In this document: positions 63,415-64,000 of the stretch, in pieces | Numbering within the stretch: the first letter of the stretch is position 1 | Layout: every line of letters starts with the position of its first letter | Assembly (NCBI GenBank): GCA_052327205.1 | Contig: CM126226.1 | Coordinates: 45,508,001 to 45,572,000 of the forward strand | Direction of reading: 5' to 3' | From: Somniosus microcephalus | Taxonomy: Eukaryota | Length of the DNA stretch: 64,000 nucleotides | Translations under genes and position numbers: made by a program | The notes under the pieces: generated by a model | What the model saw: only the letters and a program-made list of their open reading frames with translations | The model's database searches: none | What the model was told of the DNA's origin: nothing

Positions 63415-64000
63415 TATAATCCTTAGTGAAGACTGTCAGCATCATTTGGACCCTAAAGTGCATCAATACCTTGGAATACATTTTATAGTATGTTATATAC
63501 AGTAAAGAGAATGATTGTGATTTCTTATTTTTTTGGTTTACTGCTTTCAGTTTTTTATTGGAAGGGGACATGGATAATGTCAAACAGTTGGTTTTCATTT
63601 CTGAACCAAGTGATTGGACCATCAGTGAAAATTCAAATTTATTTTACTGGTTGAAACGGGGGAATACCTTAGATTCTAGAATTTCTGTGAACTGTAATAG
63701 TTGCGGGAAGTTGAATGATGGATAATAAAACAATTTCAGGGTGCTGATAACTTACATGACCTGCTTGGAAACATACTCTCGGAGTTTCAGACTTTGTCAC
63801 TATGACCTTCAGCCAGAAACCCTTTATTGTATTACAGCCCAACGATTATTCTGCAGACCTTTGTCATTATAACTAGAATGACTAATAGTTTCCTGAATCG
63901 AGCGGTGGCTTTAAAGTAATTCATAATCCCCAAGAAAATGGTCATTCCCTCTCACTCTACTCTTCTCCCTCTTTCACTAATAACGCTTCTGCAGCCTTCT

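Noticed and set aside
60384-64000. Phosphatase exon 4 (WFHG..FLVRES)
   Set aside because: No such motif found on the minus strand; a candidate donor near 63755 is preceded by unrelated sequence. The exon is presumably outside the window.

Overview
Eukaryotic, repeat-rich vertebrate genomic DNA. The repeat set (abundant CR1 LINEs, an HE1-like V-SINE, Deu-domain SINEs, Harbinger remnants, Tx1 and Rex1 fragments) points to a cartilaginous fish (shark/ray); that assignment is an inference. Two protein-coding genes face each other tail to tail. (1) RNF223 on + : single coding exon 18309-18953 (C3HC4 RING plus C-terminal TM helix), a probable TATA promoter and non-coding first exon near 16.55-16.65 kb, and a ~2 kb 3' UTR. 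(2) A SHP-2-like tyrosine phosphatase (ptpn11b / SHP-2L type) on - : 11 coding exons, equivalent to PTPN11 exons 5-15, reconstructed by hand from 60383 down to the stop at 36173 with canonical GT-AG sites and matching phases; the 5' exons lie beyond the window. Most of the rest is transposon-derived, including a nested TE stack (6.4-10 kb), several PIF/Harbinger elements with Myb/SANT remnants and 3-bp TSDs, and a 29-bp minisatellite (~38 copies) inside a Tigger/pogo-like MITE. There is no CRISPR, rRNA or bona fide tRNA. I found no convincing wholly new biological system. The most interesting items are the SHP-1/SHP-2 mosaic phosphatase paralogue, the MITE-borne minisatellite and some hairpin clusters. 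Family names for repeats and comparisons with human proteins come from memory, not from database searches; repeat boundaries are approximate unless TIR/TSD are given.
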